DNA of 63,976 nucleotides, counting the filler, from Dimargaris cristalligena (taxonomy: Eukaryota), in assembly GCA_003614675.1 (NCBI GenBank). It is 3 parts of 3 records of this genome, joined end to end, with 100 filler letters (N's around TTAATTAATTAA, not from the genome) between each part and the next. Parts side by side here need not be neighbours in the genome. Positions count along the whole stretch, not along the records: positions 23,366 to 46,613 come from ML002613.1; 2 more parts are not named here. One strand, 5' to 3'. Shown here in pieces: positions 25,015-36,686 of the stretch (its first letter is position 1; each line of letters starts with the position of its first letter). Both the position numbers and the translations under genes were made by a program. The notes under the pieces were generated by a model, which worked only from the letters and a program-made list of their open reading frames with translations, was not told the DNA's origin and ran no database searches.

Positions 25015-27291
25015 TTAAGCCTGTTGGACCCGGGGAGGGTTAGCGGCGGGGTCATCCTGGTGGTGACTAGCCAGGGGCGAGCGCTCGTGGTTAAAGATGG
25101 GGGTGAAGGTAGCCGAGCACTTGGCCATGATGGACGAGGCACGCGAGATGGGGTCGGTAAGGTAAAAGTCGGTCAGCGCGGGGGTAAGTTCGGTCCGCTG
25201 GGCGGAGCCTGCCTTTCCGTTGGAGCTTGTTTGGTCCAAGACAACTTGGTGACCCAGGGGGGCGAAGGTGGAGGTCTCGAGGTGACTGTCGACCCGGACC
25301 AGCGTAGGGGAGATTTCGTACATACGTCCCCGGAGGGAGGGGAGGTCCTCGTAGGGCAGGGGCACTCCGGCCACTTCAGACAGGGCCCGGATGACCTTCC
25401 AGTCGGTACGGGCGCCGGCCGGGGGGTTCACCGCGGCGCGAGTCATTTGGGTCCGGCCTTCGGTGTTGACGAAGGTAGCGTCCTTCTCGGTGTAGGCGGC
25501 ACCAGGCAGAATAACGTCGGCGTAATGGGCACCGACGTCACCGTGGTGGCCCTGGTAGACGACGAAGGCGTCCTTGGGAATCGAGGTAGCGGGGTTGGCG
25601 ATATCATCGGCATTGAGCAGGTACAGGAACTGGGCGGGCTCTTTAGTCGATTGGCCGTTGGGGGCGAAACCCACGTCGAGGGCACCAGCCCGACTGGCCG
25701 TCCGGTGGAACACGTTGTAGCCGTTCCAGTCGGCCTGGAAGAACTTGTCGGCGTGCTTAGCCACCAATTCGTTGGCCTTGCGGTATAAATATTCACCACC
25801 TTCGAGGTCGGTAATCTGGCTGCCCAGAATAATCATGGGGCGTTTGGCTTCGGCCAACTTCTGCGCGAACGGATGCTTATCGTCCAGGAGGGCCTCGATG
25901 GACTCCATCTTAGTACCCAGGTGGGTGTATTCGTAGGTCAGGTCAGCAGGAGCACCAACCACGGCTACTTCAAGGTTGTTGTATATGTAGGCCTTGCGCA
26001 GACGGGTGTTCAGGATGGGGCCCTCGTGACGGGGGTTGGTCGCCACAAGCACCACCAAATCGGCCTGCTCCACACCAGCCAGGGTCGAGTTGAGGAGGTA
26101 GTTGGCCCGCAGGTCCAAACCGTGAATGGGGGTCTCGGCACCTCGGACACCGTCCAGGGTCAGATTTTCGGAACCCAGGCGGTTCAGCAGGTCCTTCAGG
26201 GCCACCAGGCTCTCCACGTCGGCCAGGGCACCGGCCATGGCCTGGACCCGCTCGGGGTCGGCCGTGCGTAGGCGTTCGGCGACCAGGGCCAGGGCCTCGG
26301 GCCAGGCAGCGGGCACGAACTTATCACCCTCACGGATCAGAGGGGTGGTAAGACGCTGGCGCTTCAGTCCGTCGTTGGCGTGGCGGGTTTTGTCAGAAAT
26401 CCACTCCTCGTTGACCTCTTCGTTCAGACGGGGCAGGATCCGCATGACCTCCAGACCGCGGGAGTCAATGCGAATATTACTACCGATACCGTCCAGGACA
26501 TCGATGGATTCGGTCTTCTTCAGTTCCCAGGGCCGGGCGGTGAAGGCGAAGGGCTTGGAAGTCAACGCTCCGACGGGGCACAGATCCACGACGTTACCGG
26601 ACATTTCGGTGGCCAGGACCTGTTCGACGTAGGTACCAATCTGCATATCATTACCACGGCCCGACGTGCCCAGCTCAGGGGCCCCGGCCACTTCGTTGGC
26701 GAACCGCACACAACGGGTGCAGTGGATACAACGGTTCATTTCGGTTTTCACCAGGGGGCCCAAGTTCTTATTTTCCGTGGCCCGCTTCCCGGCGGGTTCC
26801 TTAAAACGACCACGGTCGCCACCGTAGCGCATCGACTGGTCCTGCAGATCGCACTCACCACCCTGGTCACAGATGGGGCAGTCGAGGGGATGGTTCGCCA
26901 ATAGGAATTCCATCACGCCCTCGCGGGCCTTGTGCACCAGCGGGGTATCCGTGTGGATCCGCATGCCCGCGGCAACGGGCATGGCGCAAGACGCAATCGG
27001 TTTGGGCGAGCGCTCCATTTCGACCAGGCACATGCGGCAGTTACCGGCGACGGCCAGGCGCTCGTGGTAGCAGAACCGGGGGATGTCCACACCGGCCTTT
27101 TCACAGGCCTGAATCAGCGCCGCTCCGGCATCGGCCAGCACGGGTTTATTATTGATGAAGATCTCGACCTGTTCACGCTGGGCACCCGACGTATGAAGAG
27201 TGCGGCGCGCAAGACGTTGGCTCTGGACAGCAGAGGTACGGGCCCAGTTGGAAGCACGGGCAGCGGAGAGGGCTAGTGAGCGATTCAACAT
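25015..27291 (-). CDS. NDUFS1: NADH:ubiquinone oxidoreductase 75-kDa subunit, mitochondrial, intronless
   Basis: Arg/Ala/Ser-rich presequence and Fe-S motifs PRFCYHERLAVAGNCRMCLVE, HPLDCPICDQGGECDLQDQ, RCIHCTRCVRF and DLCPVGAL. Confidence 0.98.
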   Translation of the reverse strand: MLNRSLALSAARASNWARTSAVQSQRLARRTLHTSGAQREQVEIFINNKPVLADAGAALIQACEKAGVDIPRFCYHERLAVAGNCRMCLVEMERSPKPIASCAMPVAAGMRIHTDTPLVHKAREGVMEFLLANHPLDCPICDQGGECDLQDQSMRYGGDRGRFKEPAGKRATENKNLGPLVKTEMNRCIHCTRCVRFANEVAGAPELGTSGRGNDMQIGTYVEQVLATEMSGNVVDLCPVGALTSKPFAFTARPWELKKTESIDVLDGIGSNIRIDSRGLEVMRILPRLNEEVNEEWISDKTRHANDGLKRQRLTTPLIREGDKFVPAAWPEALALVAERLRTADPERVQAMAGALADVESLVALKDLLNRLGSENLTLDGVRGAETPIHGLDLRANYLLNSTLAGVEQADLVVLVATNPRHEGPILNTRLRKAYIYNNLEVAVVGAPADLTYEYTHLGTKMESIEALLDDKHPFAQKLAEAKRPMIILGSQITDLEGGEYLYRKANELVAKHADKFFQADWNGYNVFHRTASRAGALDVGFAPNGQSTKEPAQFLYLLNADDIANPATSIPKDAFVVYQGHHGDVGAHYADVILPGAAYTEKDATFVNTEGRTQMTRAAVNPPAGARTDWKVIRALSEVAGVPLPYEDLPSLRGRMYEISPTLVRVDSHLETSTFAPLGHQVVLDQTSSNGKAGSAQRTELTPALTDFYLTDPISRASSIMAKCSATFTPIFNHERSPLASHHQDDPAANPPRVQQA

Positions 27292-30200
27292 GTTGAAGAC
27301 TTATGTAATGGGGAAAAACAATGAGGCTCTGGGGTGAGGCAGTCTAGTTGTCTAATAATAAAAATAAGAGGGCGAATCGCCTACTTGGGCGCAATGAAGG
27401 GTAGGCTGGGGAAGAACAAAAGTCTTCGAAATAAATAAGGGGGAAGGAATTCAAGGCTAAGGAATCAACAACGGAGCTCGGAATCCTATTTGAGAACGAT
27501 AGAAACTAAAGCAGGGAATGGATTCAACGACCAGATCTAACTACGTTGGCGAGATTCAGTGTCCATAGCCAAGCGCACTTTGGCGTGTGGTTTACTTAGT
27601 CGGGGGTTAAAGGCAATGTCTATCCGACAGAACGTGGTGGGGGGTTTCTCCCCATAGCTCAGCCAATCCTACCCATCAACGACTGGGGCAAGCTTACCCC
27701 TCCTCTCCCCGTTTACATTTGACCCCATCGACTCTTTGCTGACGGCTTCGGTCAATGTAATACAGGGAAGCGCTCAAGGCTAGCGCTGTGTGTCTCTCTC
27801 CTTCCCCCAAGCCAGTATTGCCCAGCCTGGGAGACCCACACTACCCGCTGGGCCAAATCCGGTGACTTCCTATTATGATCACATGACCGATTGGCCTCAG
27901 GGCCCCCTTCCCCACAAAGGCACACTACATTGGGTAAACCGTGTCAAGAAATCAATTAATCTTAAATTATACACCACGCTCAAGGAGTGTAGCTAAAGCC
28001 AATTAACTGACAGCGGACCTCTGTAATAATTAACAAGGGTTACAGACGTGATGGACTAATACGCGAATGCCTAATAATGGGAGGAGGAGGATTCAATGGT
28101 GAGTCAATATTAGCTATGCCATTTCATATAGAACAAAAGGAGTAACCAAAAAACAGCCATTTGGAACACAGGACAGTGGCTAAAACTCTCCAGGGAGATT
28201 GACGAATGGTATTACCAGCCTTTATAAGAAGGAGGTAAATAGGAAGCACAACCAAACGATGAGTGACTAGGTGCACAGTCAGGCATATAATTCAACTTTA
28301 GATGTCAATAAGTTCCTTTGGATTATATAACACCACTCCTTCCATACATTACCATTCCCTTACGCCTAGACCATTGATTCAGCTACTCTTGGTCTCTTCA
28401 ATCCTAACATACCTTCTCCTCCGATCGCAATGTTACCAGTTATTCGAAACCTCACGCAGATATTCAATCACTATATTTTCCAAATCGAGCTCTACCCAAC
28501 TTAGAGCAACCTGAAAGCCCCAGGTTTTTTTCATAGCACTAGCCGTAATGGTCTAGCAGGTCCTGACAAAATTGTTACAGCAGAGTTCCGCCATTTAATA
28601 ATACTGGACCTCTATTTGTCACAAGCAACGCTGGTCTAGAACACTGCGACCCACATCTACCAACCCGATTACCCTGGCTTTTAAATTGGCTCTGGTTCAA
28701 AAATCAATAGCCTAGTTTTTTCCCGCTTTAACATGGACGGTTCTGAAGGTCACCCTGATACACACGGCTTTTACCAATGGATAGCAAGTCCTTATCTTAC
28801 CAAGCTAGATTTCAAAAGCTGGAGGATACTTTTATCATTTATCAAGTAGCATATTTATAGCGGGCCCTACTCGCCACTGCCGCTTGGGGCCATGTGGGGT
28901 GGGTCCTAGCCCGATGGATTCTATACCGTTTGCCCAACCTTCACGAGTGGAGATATATTTTTGATAGCACAAAGCTTACTAGGTTACTACTGTGGAGGAT
29001 AGATATAGTTAGAGCTAATAATACACCACTATACCTTCATGCGTAGTTTTGTAAAATGTATAACATCATAATAACGGTATCCTAACCCACCCCCTCCCCG
29101 AAAAAGCACGTTCGTTTGGAGCATTTTCTTTAAAGCGAGTTAGTATGTTTTGTTTGAGGAATTACTGCTCAGTAACTCACTGTATCACCAACTAACTAGC
29201 CCATTGGTTTGGTGCAGTACCCTATACTGTATCAATTATATTTATGTGCCCCGGACCAGTCCCTTCTTCAGGTGAGAATATAAAAATTTATTGCCAATTT
29301 TTAATATATTAAACGTGCGCATCTAGAGCAGCTATGGTACATCCGTTAGTCAATAAGTGGCCCACATAACTACTGTGGATATTCACAAGAAATACTTGCT
29401 GGATGGTTATTAAAGTTGTCAATATTCCAGTCTTTATAAGCTATATATTTGTATGTCAAAAGCTGCGCTCTTTTGATTTCGGCCAATTCGCTCAGATCGC
29501 TGCCTTTTCATGTTCATGCAGTCCAAGAATGCCAGTAATGAGTGGAATTCTGCGTTGCTGGTCGCCTAATTAAATCTGCGAAGTAGCCATTCTGTTTTTC
29601 AAAGTCCACCACACCACTTACCCTCTATAGTCCAACGTTATTTAGGAATGGCAAGCTGATAACTCGCCGGCAATAGTATGGCCTATACTGTACTGTATAT
29701 AATATTTCTTCCCAATATATATTTATACCTAATGACCCCGATAGATATTCGGATTCCAGCCTTGACTTTGTCCATTCAGCTAGCTATACGAGCCTGTTGA
29801 CTGTTTTTTAATAATAGTGCTAGGGATGCCTGGGTCTTTGACCAACGAACGAGGATAACGGAGCAATGGATAACGTAACCTATTCACCAGGGTCATGCGG
29901 CATACCACTTTTACATATTTGCATCCCAGGCTGTTTGAATGGTCTCTATTATTAAACCAAGCGAGGCCAAACCGGTGGATTTTTGATCATTAGAATATAG
30001 CACCGGTAAATAATATTAAATTCGTTTTAACGCGATGGTCTTGGTTTGCCGGGTGTCCTGTAGTCGCTGGTTTGCGCCATAAAGCCATAAATAATATCCC
30101 TTGGTCCGAACATCCTGAGACTCATGGTTCAATCCAGCCACATTCCTACTATACTTCCTTCCAAGTGGAATCCCCTTAACCAGCCCACTTGATTCCGAAC

Positions 30201-30493
30201 GGGACATTTCCCATCCCTGATTCTCGCCAGTAGGCCTCCTGTGTACTCCTGTGAAGTAATGAAGCCAAATATTCCTTTTACATTTCCTACTAAGTCCGTT
30301 ATTTCAATTTTTACGAACACCCTCACTCCTTTTACCAACTTTCTATTCAACCACTAGCCTATAGTCTCACCATCAGCGCCACGGCTAGCAGCCCTGCGAC
30401 GCGATTCTCATCCACCCCTACTTCTATACCTTTTTTTTATTCTACAAAAAACACGTCGCGCTGACCTCTCCTTCGCAATTACCCATTATTGCC

Positions 30494-33206
30494 ATGAGTG
30501 ATACCCAAGACACCCTGGGCCGGACGGGCCCCGACGCTTATTTTCACCCCAGCCGATCCCACCTTTACCATAGGTATATGCGGAGTGGACGTGCCTCTGG
30601 GAGTGGCAGCAACAACAGCAACAGTAGCAGCAATAGTAGTAGCAGCGGAGGAAATGGGGGTCGCTCCAGCGGGGCCCATAATAGCATCCGGCACTCGTCC
30701 GACATTCCCGAACCCGCTGCCCTGCAACCCCTACACCTCGAACTAGAACAATTCGCCGCCCAAGCATCCCTCCGCGCCGAACAACTCAAGAAAGAGCTCC
30801 GGTCACTTCGCTCCCATTTTGTCCCGTCCGAACCGGTGGAAACCGTTTTGCTCCAGGGTAGTGGAGGCGGCGGTCCGCTGACTAGAGCCTCCCCAGCCCA
30901 GCCCCCTTTGTCGTCGGCATCGTCGTCGGCAATGCTTGGTGGTAGTAATAATAATAATGGGGGCGGTAGTGGCCCGCCGGGTTCACCCTATCAGCGCCCT
31001 CGTAAGATATCCGTCAGTGCGATGCATGCCGGAGTTTCGCGACCTGACAAACACCGGGACCAGCTAATGAGTGCCCACCAGAGTCCGTTGCAGAAATCCC
31101 ATTCATTCAGCGGTTCCCGTAAGCGATCCGATAGTAATGACAGCTTGACTTCCCGCAAACTGCACCAGACCCCTCCATTTCGGCCCACTGGAGTCACGAC
31201 AGAGGACTTATCCAGCCGAACCGAACTTAGTGGTCAGGTATCCTACGCCAACGCCAGCCCCCGTCATTCCACCGACCGGACAGATACGGTGTCCAAATCC
31301 CAGCGAATGTCCCAGCCCCAGGCCCAGTCGCAATTACAATCCCCACCATCCCCTACCATGTCCCATTCGTCCATGGCCTCGAATGATTCGTATTCAACGC
31401 AGCCCCGGGCTAGTAAAGGGGTTGGTGCCCGGACTGGAGGATCCCATAATTCCAAACGGAAACGGAAACACGGCACCATTGACGAGGAGGACCCTTTCGG
31501 CGAGTACGACGATAATTTTAAAGGTAAGCGTCTGCTAAAGACCATTAGGGATAGGGTGACTTTAGCCGTCGAATAGCCGGCATCCAAGCTATCATAGAAA
31601 AATAATGACTACCCACTTACTAAATACTAAAGCGCCACTGGTATTTGATTTTCATTTTATTTGAACTCACCACACTGGTGGATTTCGCCTTGACCAACAT
31701 ATTTGTATTCTTCCAGCCACAAACTCACCATCGCGTCCAACCCAGGCCAAGGCCCGCTCCGAAAAACCAGTGGAAAACCTAGGCCACGCCTCTACTCCAC
31801 TCTCCGGGGGTCACCATAACTCCATCGGAGACGTGTCATCACCGCTCCGTAAGCACCGCCCCGCCGAGGGCTCCTCCCCTCCTTGGAATAACGACCAACC
31901 CAAGGTTCATAAGACATCGGCCCCTCCTCGTGTAGTGGACGAGGATTTTTCCCGGGTGAAAGTAACCAGCGAGGTGCCCATCACCACCTTCTGGACCTCC
32001 GTGGAACCCTATTTCCGACCCCTTACTGACAACGATTTGCTGTTCCTTCAGGAAGAGGCGGATAATGTCACGCCCTACCTAACCCCCCATCTGGGCCGAC
32101 ACTACACCCAGGTTTGGGCCGAGGAGGACCAAAAACTGTTTCCCAACGGTCCCCCCTATTCCACTGCATCAGGCACCGATCCCACCACCAGCCTTAATAA
32201 CCCGCACCCCATGACGAAAATCAAGTCGCGGCCCTCCAGTCGGGGTTCGAAGTTAGGGTCGGCTATCCCGGCCCCCTTGGACAGTCTCCCCCCACCTCTG
32301 TTACCGCCCCCCACGATTGTAGACCGGCCCCCCGTGCCCCCCGAGGGTAAACCCATCCATGACTTCCTCAATGAACATTTAGTGGACGATGAGGTAGGCT
32401 GTGGACCCCTCACCGACCGGATTGTCAATGCACTGATCCAAGATAAGATTATCGAACCCCCCGAAGACTACCCCGATGACGATGGGGCCGACCCGGACCT
32501 GGGGTCCGTTAAATCCGAGTCGGGTCTGGGACTCTTCTCCGGCGGGGCGGTAGAAATTGCCGGACTCGAAGAGCGTCTGGCCCGGGAACTCCGCTATATT
32601 GGCCTCCTGGGCGATACGGATGTAGACTGGGCGGCGCGCGAAGATGACGAAGTGAGTGCCGTATTACGCCACGCCCAGCGGCAACTACGCGAACAAGCGG
32701 AAATCAACCACCAGCGGAAGGCGCGACTCCTCGATGTGGTCCGCGACCACCTCGCTTACCAGGAGTACCGCCAAATCGTCGACGAACTCGACAAACAAGT
32801 CGAGCAAAGCTACCTTAAACGCAACCGTCACGTCAAAACTAAACGTAAGAAGATTCTTCCGACCCGTTCGGCCCTCTCGGACCTGGCCACCAGTGGACTG
32901 GAACGCCGGCGCCGGATCATGGACAGCATCGGCTGTATTTTCCCCGATGAGAAATACTTACCCCCCACCACATCCATCTACGAAGGTATCGCCGGGGGCG
33001 GGGGGGGGCCCGCCGACGTTCTCGGTGCCTTCGGCGGCGGATTCGCTGACTTCGCCTTCTCGGTCAACGGGTACGGCCCCGCCCTAGTGACCGTTGGGTC
33101 GCCGAGAGGAAAGTTGGCAACCGGCCCGATGTTCTTAGTTTTTGAGGGGGGGTTAGTTTTTTTTTATATTTTTGGACTCGCCTCTAAATTTCCCTTCATT
33201 AACTAA
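30494..33206 (+). CDS. NGG1: SAGA/ADA HAT-module subunit Ada3/Ngg1; exons 30494-31523, 31717-33206 (true stop may be 33087)
   Basis: AAAG|GTAAGC donor at 31524 and TTCCAG acceptor at 31716 are in phase. Ada3 motifs: DFSRVK..VPITTFWTSVEPYFRP, PHLGRHY, GPLTDRIVNAL, LEERLARELRYIGLL, EDDEVSAVLR and LAYQEY. Confidence 0.9.
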
Positions 33207-34124
33207 ACCAGAGGTGATATTCGCGGGCGTTAGAGGGTTGACCAATATGGCCTTCTTCGCTACTCTGCTCCACTCTGCTCTGACCTTCCTTTACAGGAAA
33301 ATTTGGTATTCCTAACTAGCAATGTTACATATATATTTTTATATACCTTATGTCGATATACATAGTAGTTTTTAAATTTGGTAATTGGATCTGTTGGTAT
33401 CGAATTGCCCACCATCCAAGTATGCTTCTTTTTAGCTATTAGTTTTCTTTTAAGTCCCTTGTACTCTTATTTCTGCCCAATCATAAGCAGATGTTGCATG
33501 ATTTTTATTATATGACAATGAATTTTAACTCATATTACTTTACTTTACCCTTATTTTATTTGATTCGTATTATATTGTCATTTGCCATTCTAAGTCGGTA
33601 ATAAACGCATTGGTACTGACACGTAACTGGGTTGGTGAATCCACTAGTGCATTTATTGTAGATGGCGGAATAGTCGAAATGACTCTTGAAATATAAATTG
33701 AGATATATATAGATAAATAAAAAAATACCAACAGTCAAGGAGAAAATAAAATAAAATAAAGGCTTCCAAATAGGGGGAAATAATCAAGCAGTTGGCGACA
33801 TTGAATAAAATACGTAAGCTTGGAAATGAAGGAACTAATCAAGGGAAGAGATTTTAGTGGGGAATCAGACATGGAAGGGAGTAAAGCGCTCTATAGGTTA
33901 GTCTCGAACAACCGAAGACCCCAGTTTGGCCAAATTACCCGAGTGTAAATATATAAGAGATTCAAAATGGAATCGATTTTTGATTTTAATATAAAAGTAA
34001 TATAATAAAAAAAACAAAAAAGAGTACCCTTCAGAATACTGGTATGAATCGTCGGATATCCAGAGCCCAAGAATGCCATTTTGGGGAAATCCAAGGAATG
34101 CTGGTGGAGGAATATGTAGTTAGT

Positions 34125-36274
34125 TTACTGATCCCAGGCGTGGGACATGAGGACCTGGAGGGCCACCAAAGCCCGGTACTTGACGTCCGCGTTGGGGTGG
34201 GTCAGTAATTCCATGATCTTCTGCTTGGCCCCCGAGTCCTGGACCATTTTCTTGCCGAGGGGGTAGTACTTGACGAACTGGCCGATATCGTGGGCGGCCA
34301 CGGCCAATACGGTGGGGTCCTGGTTGGGGACGTTGAGGGCGTGGGCCAAACAGTTCAGGAGCCGTCCGCGGTCGGCGGCGAGCTGGCTGGCGTGCATTTT
34401 CCAGAAGGCGTCGGACTGGTGCGACGGGGTCCAGCTCAAGTGACCGGATTCCACCTCGGAGACGTATTCGTCCCAGGTGCTCAATTTCTGAAACCGCTCG
34501 GTGAGTTCCTGGCGGATAAACTCGATATCGTCCAAAATGTCTTCGTCGGTCCATTTGCGGGTGGCCAGGTTGTCGCAGAAGTTAAGCAGCTTCACCGCCA
34601 CCATAGCGGCCAGGTTGTCCCCAGGGGCGGTCACCAGCAGATTCTTGAGCGTAGCCATCACGATACGGGTGAGCTTCTCCTTGCTCGCCCCCTTGGCGAT
34701 GGCCACCAATTGGGAAATAACGCCGTACTGCTTGTCTAGGGAATCGCTAATGATGGGTTCGAAGGATAGGAGCCAAAGGCAGAAGAGGAGTTGGTAGAGC
34801 ATCTGGGGGTTGCCCTCTCGGCTAGCCTGGATGAGGCCCATAAATATGTTCATAAGGTGGGCCTTGCCGTAGAAGACGGGGCGGAACGAGCGTAGCTTCA
34901 GAAGACCCTGCAAGATCTGGACGGATACGTCCACCACATTGGGGTTTTCGGACTGCAGCTGACGGTTCAGCCACAGGAGCAGGTCGGTGAAGTCGAAAGT
35001 CTGGACGAACTTGGGGCTGGCATGGCTGGAATGGCAGTCGAAAAAGAGAATAGATAGTAGATATTAGTGGAAAGACTGGGGCTGAATGATGGAAAATCGG
35101 GGATTCGATATGATGAACGAAGAGCGACAGTGGTAATTAGGATTCCACCAAATATGTATATATATATAACCGCCAATTATCGGCGGTTCATATAAGCCAT
35201 CCGATTAGGGTGCAAAGAACTTACTTGAGAAGGTCGGTAATAATCTTGGCGGCCTTGAGGTTAAGATAGTCGTCATCCTTACCAAGGCACCTGCAGCAGG
35301 TAAGTAGTATATGGTCATGGGAATGCGAGTGACAAGGGAAGTATATAAAAGGTAAGTTAGTAACGGCAGGGTTATATGCTTGGCTTATTCGACCAAATCG
35401 GATAGCTATGAAAGTCGCAATTGGGATTACGAGACCATCACTTACCGCTTAAGGGTATTGAAGGGCGAGCCCTCCGACTTGACCTCGAGTTGACACAGGT
35501 AGACCAGAGTGTCGGGAAACTTTTGGATGGTGTCATCAAAAGCGACGAGAATGTATTGCAGGGCGTCCATGCGGGACAGTTTGTTGATAAGGATTAGGAA
35601 AAGGTCGATGTATTTCTCGGCCGTGGGCTATGGGACATAAGGTAGGGGTGCAACAATTGCAAGAAAGAGCACTTATGTATTAATAAGGGAATGGCTATTA
35701 TCCTCGGGAGATATCCTCCATCGTAGAAGAGCGGCTACCTCGGCGTATCCAACGGCGGGCATTTCGGATGACACGCCGATAGTGCACGAATAGATAAAGC
35801 AGGGACCAGGCTGGGATTGCGATACTCATGCATAGCTGCCGAGATAGACTCTCTCGCGCAGGCAAGGTATATAACACCGCTGGCCAGTCGTCATTCAGCA
35901 TACTGGCAAGTTCACCTGCTACAGCAGAAGGACCCCAGAAAGCCAAGACAAGGCGGAGGGGGACCTGCCGAGAAACTTACCTGGTCCTTGAGGCCAGTAC
36001 GCGAACTATAATTCCGGAGCAAAAGCAGTTCCTGCTCGGTGATTAGCGAGGCCCGCTGGTAGCCCTCCCAGGGCATGGGCCGCTCCCGGATGTTACTGGT
36101 GACTTCGTCAAAGTAGCGGTTCACAATGAGCAGGGTGGGAATGGAGATGGCCGAGGAAGAGATGTCCAGTTGGGCCATGGCCCCCGCGAGAGCAGGGGAG
36201 GAGGGATGCGGTTCGCTGCCCTCGGGGGACTGAGCATGCGGCGGCGGGGAGGTGGTAGCGAGGTCGGCGGCCAT
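34125..36274 (-). CDS. VMA13: V-ATPase V1 subunit H; exons 36274-35981, 35627-35446, 35290-35225, 35025-34125
   Basis: NIRERPMPWEGYQRASLIT, QMLYQLLFCLWLLSF, KEKLTRIVMATLKN, RKWTDEDI, LSTWDEY..E..SGHLSWTPSH...FWK, VAAHDIGQFV and GAKQKIMELL. The start was chosen at the ACC-ATG-G context; alternatives are 36631 and 36178. Confidence 0.93.
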
Positions 36275-36650
36275 GGTAAAAGAGGGAGCGGTCAGCAACG
36301 AGACGGACGAAGCCGTGGTCAGCGAAGAGGTGGAGGAGTGGGTGGCGACGGACGTCAGGAGGGTTAAAATGGATTGGCGCTGGTCAAACGGGAGCGGAGG
36401 AAGCTGAGGTGCACCAGCGGGGATGGCAGCAGCGGCGGAGGAGGAGGAGTCGGAGGTGGAGAGGGAATGAGAGGAGGAAGTGGAGAAGGTGGACTTGGCG
36501 TTCGACGCGGGGTGGTGGTGGGTCGAAGTCGGGGTAGGCGGGGGCGATGCGGGAACAAGAGGCGAGGGAGGAGCAGCAGCAAGTGAGGAAGAAGCAAGAG
36601 GCGGAGGAGAGGAGGTGGAATGCACCGACATTGAAAAAGGGTGCTTGTGG

Positions 36651-36686
36651 TAGTAGTAGCAGTAGTAGTAGTAGTAGTAGTAGTAG
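36651..36686. repeat. (TAG)n microsatellite with one CAG interruption
   Basis: About 12 trinucleotide units, directly visible upstream of VMA13. Confidence 0.9.

Noticed and set aside
25003..27276. Long antisense or alternate-frame ORFs over NDUFS1 (likewise over the epimerase, PH gene, SOD1 and VMA13)
   Set aside because: Expected shadows of GC3-biased coding sequence, with no independent motifs.
28300..28900. Leader-like tract and ATG at 28430 suggesting a gene
   Set aside because: Stops after 24 codons and repeatedly thereafter; no recognisable product.
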